A stretch of DNA of 64,000 bases from Eledone cirrhosa (Eukaryota), in contig OZ024754.1 in assembly GCA_964016885.1 (NCBI GenBank), forward strand, positions 30,752,001-30,816,000. The letters are read 5' to 3'. Under the pieces are notes generated by a model, which saw only the letters and a program-made list of their open reading frames with translations, was not told the origin of the DNA and ran no database searches. The translations under genes were made by a program, and so were the position numbers. Positions 56,864 through 64,000 of the stretch are shown here, piece by piece. Numbering within the stretch: the first letter of the stretch is position 1; each line of letters starts with the position of its first letter.

Positions 56864-57639
56864 GTACATAGGCCAGAATTTATATAGTTATATAATCATG
56901 GTTATTTCTTTTGTTTTAATTTATTTTGTTGATTTTAATATATTTATTTAAAAACATACACATGCCCACACACGCACACACGCACACATATATATATATA
57001 TACATACTCACACACATATACATACAATGTTTATATTTTTTTCAGAAAGGGGAGGTTTATTTGGTGCTGCCAAATCCATTTCCTATAATACAGATTAAGG
57101 AAATTAAAGGCTCTCTCCCACTCTCTTTATTCTCTCTTTTTCTCTCTTTCTCTCTCTCGCACATATACACATGCACTTACATGAAGTAATACACAAATGT
57201 ACACATGCATATTTTTAAATGTATCAACAAAATATGTACATACACACGTGTGTGTGTGTGCGCATGCTTACATATATGTACAACCTTACATATATAGAGA
57301 CGGACAGACAGACAGGCAGGCAGACAGACAGTATTGGATTTATCGAAACCTTATATATGAAAATAGGTAGAGAGAAAGAGTTTGGCAGCTTCTATGATAG
57401 ACTGTACCAGTAATTAACAGGGTTACCCTTGTCTCACACTGTGGAATACTCAGCCACTTATATAATACAAAATAGACTGTACCAATAATTGAAAGGGCCA
57501 GCCATGTTACACACACACACACACACACACATGTACATATATTGGGTGATTCAGTAGGTTCAGGGTTTACTGGGAAGTGTACCAACATCAACACACTGTA
57601 CTGTAGCAGTGTGTGTATGTATTTTAAGAACAAAATGAG

Positions 57640-57862
57640 GTATCACACTGAGGTTTTAATTGATTAGTTACAGCTGTTTCATAGATAGCTGGCTCAGGAT
57701 CCATGTAATGTTATAGAGCCATCTCCAGCTACAATCTGTTCATCAAACTTGTTAAACCCAAATCTCATGAAGTCATGTCTATAACATTAATATGGACCTT
57801 AAGCCAGCCATCTGTGAAACATTCATAATTGAGCCTAATCAATAAAAACCTCAATGTGAAAC
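57640..57862. mobile_element. Old diverged fold-back element with a degenerate hammerhead on the minus strand (57666-57749)
   Basis: Minus strand: TTGATGA, long stem II, GAAA cagctg TA. Inverted arm remnants at 57644-57694 and 57802-57858. Confidence 0.55.
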
Positions 57863-57881
57863 CCTGTTTTCTCCTTAATAT

Positions 57882-58015
57882 ATCATCATCATCATTTTAT
57901 GTCCGCTTTTCCCTGCTTGTAAGGGTGGGATGGGTCTTATTCAGCACAGCATCTCTCCACTTGTCACGGTCCTTCGTCATCTCCACCGTGAGCTTCAGTG
58001 ATCTGAGGTCTGTTC
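57882..58015 (-). mobile_element. RTE LINE 3' end
   Basis: DLRSLKLTVEMTKDRDKWRDAV followed by a (GAT)n tail. Confidence 0.8.
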
Positions 58016-58145
58016 TATATATATATATAAAAGGTAAAGACTTTCTTCGGTCACGAATGACCATGGGATTTGCATCTAGAAAGTTCCCCATCGAGGCACA
58101 AGTCCAGACAAAGTTGTTTGTAGTTGAAACATATATATATGTATG

Positions 58146-58195
<50 letters not shown>

Positions 58196-59135
58196 GTGAG
58201 ACACAGTCATCCGATCCAATGTGCCTCAAATGGGGCAAACCTGTCTAACCCATGCTACCATGGAAAATTAGATGTTAAATGATGATGATGATATATGTGT
58301 GTGTGTGTGTGTGTATATGTGAACAATATATATATGGTAGATCATGTTGTTGTTGTACAATATATATCCTGTCCTTCAGATTTACTTCATCAATTTATAA
58401 TTTGTTATCAATTTTTCCAAATAAAGATGAAAAAGGATATAATCAATTACTACAGATCAATATACAAACAATATTTGACAAAACACGAACACACTATATT
58501 GTCAATACACAGCTGTACCTCACCAACACACTACATTGTCAATACACAACTCTACTTCACCAACACACTATATTGTCAATACACAGCTCTAGTTCACTAG
58601 ACAACTTGTGAATTATTCAGCTTATAATTTAGTAAATTACTTTTAAATTTGACTCTTCTTTTCCATTTCTGGTCCAGCTATTACAAACTTCCTTTTAGTA
58701 TTATCCCAGCCCACGAGGGGGAGCCCCTGTTCTTCTAAACTTTCATGTAGCTTAAATACTAAGTGCTGATTGGCTAGTTCTGTTGTGATGTCATATGGTA
58801 CAATGGAGGATTAATCCTTGTTCCTGTTTCATACTTTTCAATAATTCTCTTTGAATATGTGACTCATTTGTTTTGTATTTGTTGCTTTAGTTGTTGTCCC
58901 CCCCCCCCTGTTTTTTTATTGTTTATATTTTGTTTTGTTCATATTTTTACCCCCCTTCTTTCACCTCTAGTTGTTTCCTAATGACTGCCAGACTGTTTTC
59001 TCTTTACATTGATACTCCAACAAAATGGATGCAACAACTTTTGAATCTACTTGCAAATGTACACCCATGCAATTTATATATAAATAATGCATAAACTGAT
59101 GCAATCTATATGGTCAATACCATCCTGTGTACTCA

Positions 59136-59175
<40 letters not shown>

Positions 59176-59538
59176 TGAGTGTGTGTATGTGTGTGTTGAA
59201 GTGTGTGTGTGTGTGTTTGAATGTGTATACATGTGTGAGTGTGCTTGGGTGTGTGTGTGTATGTGTGCGTTGTTGTTGTTGTGTGTATGTGAGTGTGCAT
59301 TTATGTGTGTGGCAGTGTGTGTGTGTGTATGTGAATGTGTGTCTGTGTGTGTGTGTGTATGTATGCATGTTTGTACGTGTGTGTGTGTGTGAGTGTGTAT
59401 GCCAATGTGTGCTTGTGTGTGTGTGTGTGTGTGTATGTGTGTGAGAGTGTGTATTTGTGTGTATACTTGCATCTAACAGAAATGTTATTATGATATCATG
59501 TACATTAATGCTTGTGTTTGTATTTGTGTTGGGAAAAT

Positions 59539-59646
<108 letters not shown>

Positions 59647-60053
59647 TGGGAAGTTAGTGAAAAAGATAGAGAGGGTTAGAAAGAAAGGGAGAAAGTGAGA
59701 AAATATTGATTGTAAAGCACCATTACAAGTCTAATAGCCAGTCACTTATAGTTTGAAATACTGACATAAGTGATAATAATAATAACAATAATAGTAATAA
59801 TAGTAATAGTAATAATGATGATGATGATGATGATGATGATGATACAAAGAACAATAACAATAAAGTTTATGTATTGATATGTTGGAAATGTGGTGCCTGA
59901 AATGAGATATATGGGCCACTGGATTATTAGATCACTTACTCCAGTCCCTGGCTGTGTTACTCAATATAATAGATTTGGTATTGTTTGGTTTTTAAATAGG
60001 AACATGTAAAGACATGTTTAGCAATTTGACAGGCTTTTATAAATATATATATG

Positions 60054-60088
<35 letters not shown>

Positions 60089-60132
60089 TTTTTTCCCCAC
60101 ACCCTATCTGATATAGATATATATATATATAT

Positions 60133-60360
60133 ATCATCATCATCATCATCATCATCATCATTTTATGTGCGCTTTTCCCTGCTTGCAAGGGTTGGATGGG
60201 TCCTATTCAGTGCAGCATCTCTCCACGTGTCACAGTCCTTTGTCATCTCCTCCGTGAGCTTCAGCGATCTGAGGTCTGCTCTCACCACCTCTGCTCATGT
60301 TTTTCGTGGTCTTCCTCTACTGCGTCTTCCTTCTACTGTGATTTCTTGGCACTTCTTCAC

Positions 60361-60363
<3 letters not shown>
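60133..60363 (-). mobile_element. RTE LINE 3' end
   Basis: WVKKCQEITVEGRRSRGRPRKT*AEVVRADLRSL... plus a (GAT)n tail. Confidence 0.85.
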
Positions 60364-60446
<83 letters not shown>

Positions 60447-60450
<4 letters not shown>

Positions 60451-60698
60451 TAGGGTGTGGTAAAAACCAGCTAGACCATAACCCACCAGAGTACTCGATT
60501 CTTGGGGTAGTAGAGGGGGTAATATGAAAAGATTCAGTACCCCGACGGCTGAGCTCTGGCCGTTTCAACAGCTACATCCGAACTAAAGTGCCAGTATTCC
60601 CGCTAAATTCCCACCGCTCGAATACTAGCGCTTTAGTTCGGATCTAGCTGTCGAAATGGCTGGAGCTCAGCCATCGGGGTCCTGAATCTTTTCATATA
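60447..60698. mobile_element. Family C-related fold-back with diverged arms and a ~20-nt spacer
   Basis: Arms ~60523-60599 and 60620-60696. Confidence 0.8.
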
Positions 60699-60934
60699 TA
60701 TATATATACAGTGTTGTACACCCTGTGGTATATACATTTTTTGTATTCATTTATTTGTAAATTTAGTCAAAGAGATCCATCATATCTATTTTATTGTATG
60801 TTGCCATCTTGTCTTCATTAATACAATCCCTGGTACCCTGGGGAAAATGATCCTATCCTTAATGCATTGAAATCATGATGATGATGATGATGATATATAT
60901 ATATATATATATGTAAATATATATATATATATAT

Positions 60935-61150
60935 ATGTAAGCTATTGCTGTATTTTGACTAAAGAAATTAAAGAAATTATTTAGTCTGATAGTGGGGTTA
61001 AGAACCCTCGGAGAAATGGAAAAAGATGAGTATTGATGTACATGTACGTCAATACTCATCTTTTTCCATTTCTCTGAGGGTTCTTAACCCCACTATCAGG
61101 CTAAATAATTTCTTTAATTTCTTTAGTCAAAATACGGCGATAACTTACAT
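60935..61150. repeat. ~215-bp fold-back (centre 61042/61043) with a few arm mismatches
   Basis: Centre gtac-at-gtac; flanked by (TA)n; one-sided tail to about 61197. Confidence 0.85.
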
Positions 61151-61207
61151 TTATAATAATTTCAAACCCACTCGCTGTTTCGAAAATATTCTTACTATAT
61201 ATATATA

Positions 61208-61505
61208 TGAGTTCAATTCTCAAACCGGGTGATGTGTTGTTTCCTTGAGCAAGACACTTTATTTCACATTGCTCCAGTTTACTCAGCTGTAGAAATGAGA
61301 TGATAGGGACTGGGTTCCCTATCATTCCACTGCAAAGGGGACGTGTAGGCGCCATGGCAAAAAAGTACCCAGCACTCACTGTAAATGAGGTTGGTGTTAG
61401 GAAGAGCATCCAGCTGTAGAAATCAAGCCAGAATCAGTTCCCGTCCCACCCTTGCAAGCAGGGAAAAGTGGACGTAAAATGAAATGATGATGATGATGAT
61501 GATGA
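61208..61505 (+). mobile_element. CORE-type SINE with an RTE-derived tail
   Basis: Ends cccacccttgcaagcagggaaaagtggacgtaaaatga(tga)n, matching the RTE 3' ends at 57882 and 60133. Confidence 0.85.
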
Positions 61506-61929
61506 TATATAAAAATAACAAAAATAATAATGCTGATGTTACATAAATTGTTTAATCATTATAATTATTTGTTGTTGTATGAGAACAGTATCCTCAGATG
61601 AAATCCGATTTAGTGATATCCTGCCGGCAGGAAAAAAAAAAGTCCTTCTGCTCATGCGTCCAGCAGACATATAAGTTCCTGAAGGGGTCTCCCAGCCGTT
61701 GCATTGGCTGGAGTAATGTTTCAATTAGTGAAATCAGGATTCACGCATCCCCCACGGAGTTGAGGTCGTAAATCAGCAGAGAGGTAACCTCTCAAGTATG
61801 CTGTGTTGATCTGTATCAAAGGAAAAACTATATATACGTGTATATGCATACATACATATATATATAGATATATATATATTGGATTTTAGTCTTCAAATTT
61901 ATTATCATTACTATAGATATATATATATA

Positions 61930-62057
61930 TCAGAATGGAGGTGGTAAAAACATGTTAGACCACTATTCACCAGAGTATTTGATACTTGGGGTAGTAGAGT
62001 TGGATCTAGCTGTTAAAATGGCCGAAGCTCAGCCATCGGGATCCCGTTTTTTTCATA
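61930..62057. mobile_element. Internally deleted family C-related element
   Basis: The tail is joined directly to a remnant of the right arm. Confidence 0.7.
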
Positions 62058-62134
62058 TATATATATATAAATGAAGTATTTCCGTAGGAAAGGTACAGGA
62101 AAAGAGAGTGCTCTATGTAGGCTACAGAGCTTAT

Positions 62135-62323
62135 TAGTTATGTAATAAACAACATTAGATAATTATTTCATTTACCAGTGGTTTCTTGAAGGCAGATATT
62201 TATATGTCTTCAGTCGTTAGAATTATTTATTCATTCTGACGACTGAAGACAGATATAAATGTCTGCCTTCAAGAAACCACTGGTAAATGAAATAATTATC
62301 TTCTGTTGTTTGTTACATAACTA
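62135..62323. repeat. Diverged fold-back with a GAAA-taatta-TC hammerhead-like 3' half
   Basis: Arms ~62135-62223 and 62233-62323. Confidence 0.7.
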
Positions 62324-62501
62324 TATATATATATATATAGTAATAATAATAAATGTGAAGACTAAAATCGAAAGAGGGTTCGATAAGGATAAATATATAT
62401 CTCAATATATAAGAACCCTAGAGCAAATATTTATTAAAAAATAACAGATTAAAGTTTAAGCAGAGAATCGCTGCTTTCACCCTGAACGGGATCTATATAT
62501 G

Positions 62502-62559
<58 letters not shown>

Positions 62560-62618
62560 AATATATATATATATATATGTGTGTATATATATATATAGAG
62601 AGAGAGAGAGAGATGTGA

Positions 62619-62653
<35 letters not shown>

Positions 62654-62830
62654 ATATATATATATATATACACACACACATATATATATATAATATATAT
62701 AGAGAGAAAAGACTACTCAATACTGAAGAAGTGTTTAAATATTCATTTTATTAAGTCTAAATACTGAGTCATGTAACTCTGGAGTGTCACTTGTTTATCA
62801 CAGGGAATCTATATATGTACACACACACAC

Positions 62831-62930
<100 letters not shown>

Positions 62931-62943
62931 GCACATATATTTA

Positions 62944-63292
62944 TATGAGTGGCTGCTGAAAAGTTCCTGTCTTTAAGGGTATTGCAAAAGGGTAGAGTTG
63001 TTACCTTTACAGGTGACGTAAGACAACTATTTAGAAGTAGGTATGCAAACAATCACAGCTTTCTCCTTTTTGCAGATTTAACTTATGATGGCAGCTCTTA
63101 CAATGGATTTTGGAAACATTGAAGCACTTGTATTCATGAAGCTCCTCTTCTTGCAAGACAAAGGAGTGGCAGAAATCCATGGCGAGATGAAGGAAGTCTC
63201 GAAGGATGGCTGCCCATCTTACTCCACAGTGTAAATCTGTGTGCCAAGGTTTCAGATTGGTCATTTCAAGGTCACAGCTGAACCCCGGTCAG
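62944..63292 (+). mobile_element. mariner transposon relic (left TIR plus transposase N-terminus)
   Basis: TA-tgagtggctgctgaaaagttcc TIR-like end. From 63103: [62 protein letters not shown], resembling the mariner HTH region. Confidence 0.8.
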
Positions 63293-64000
63293 TTGGCTGG
63301 CTGGTTGACTGGTTGGTTGGTTGGTTGGTTAGTTGGTTAGTTGGCTGGTTGGTTGGCTGGTTGGCTGGTTGGCTGGTTGGTTGGTTAGTTGGTTAGTTGG
63401 TTAGTTGGCTGGTTGGTTAGTTGGCTGGTTGGTTGGTTGGCTGGTTGGCTGGTTGGCTGGTTGGTTGGTTAGTTGGTTAGTTGGCTGGTTGGTTGGTTAG
63501 TTGGTTAGTTGGTTAGTTGGCTGGTTGGTTAGTTGGCTGATTGGTTGGTTGGCTGGTTGGCTGGTTGGCTGGTTGGTTGGTTAGTTGGTTAGTTGGCTGG
63601 TTGGTTGGTTAGTTGGTTAGTTGGTTAGTTGGCTGGCTGGTTGGCTGGTTGGTTGGTTAGTTGGTTAGTTGGTTAGTTGGCTGGCTGGTTGACTGGTTGG
63701 TTGGTTAGTTGGTTAGTTGGTTAGTTGGCTGGTTGGTTGGTTGGCTGGTTGGCTGGTTGGTTGGTTAGTTGGTTAGTTGGTTAGTTGGCTGGTTGGTTAG
63801 TTGGCTGGTTGGCTGGTTGGCTGGTTGTTTGGTTAGTTGGTTAGTTGGCTGGTTGGTTGGTTAGTTGGTTAGTTGGTTAGTTGGCTGGTTGGTTAGTTGG
63901 CTGGTTGGTTGGTTGGCTGGTTGGCTGGTTGGCTGGTTGGTTGGTTAGTTGGTTAGTTGGCTGGTTGGTTGGTTAGTTGGTTAGTTGGTTAGTTGGCTGG
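63292..64000. repeat. Mixed tetranucleotide microsatellite (TTGG/CTGG/TTAG)
   Basis: Direct inspection. Confidence 0.95.

Noticed and set aside
63292-64000. Telomeric repeat
   Set aside because: The units are tetramers (TTGG/TTAG/CTGG), not TTAGGG.

Overview
Eukaryotic, AT-rich, repeat-saturated DNA, most likely an octopus (cephalopod) genome, inferred from the SINE families, RTE tails and microsatellite load. I can support no intact host gene. Nearly all listed ORFs are artefacts of micro- and minisatellites. The window holds tRNA-derived SINEs (several with 15-17 bp target-site duplications, TSDs), truncated LINE relics (L1/Tx1-like and RTE), two non-autonomous Helitrons, a piggyBac-like MITE, a mariner relic and seven large minisatellite arrays. 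The main result is a set of short (TA)n-embedded elements from several families that carry type I hammerhead ribozyme motifs: 10 with intact CUGANGA/GAAA/UH cores and about 6 degenerate ones, most with a palindromic minimal stem III. Most sit in head-to-head fold-back (palindromic) insertions whose arms share copy-specific variants. This matches Penelope-like retroelement ends or retrozyme-like derivatives. One family keeps only the 3' half of a hammerhead. All calls were made by eye, with no database search or folding computation.
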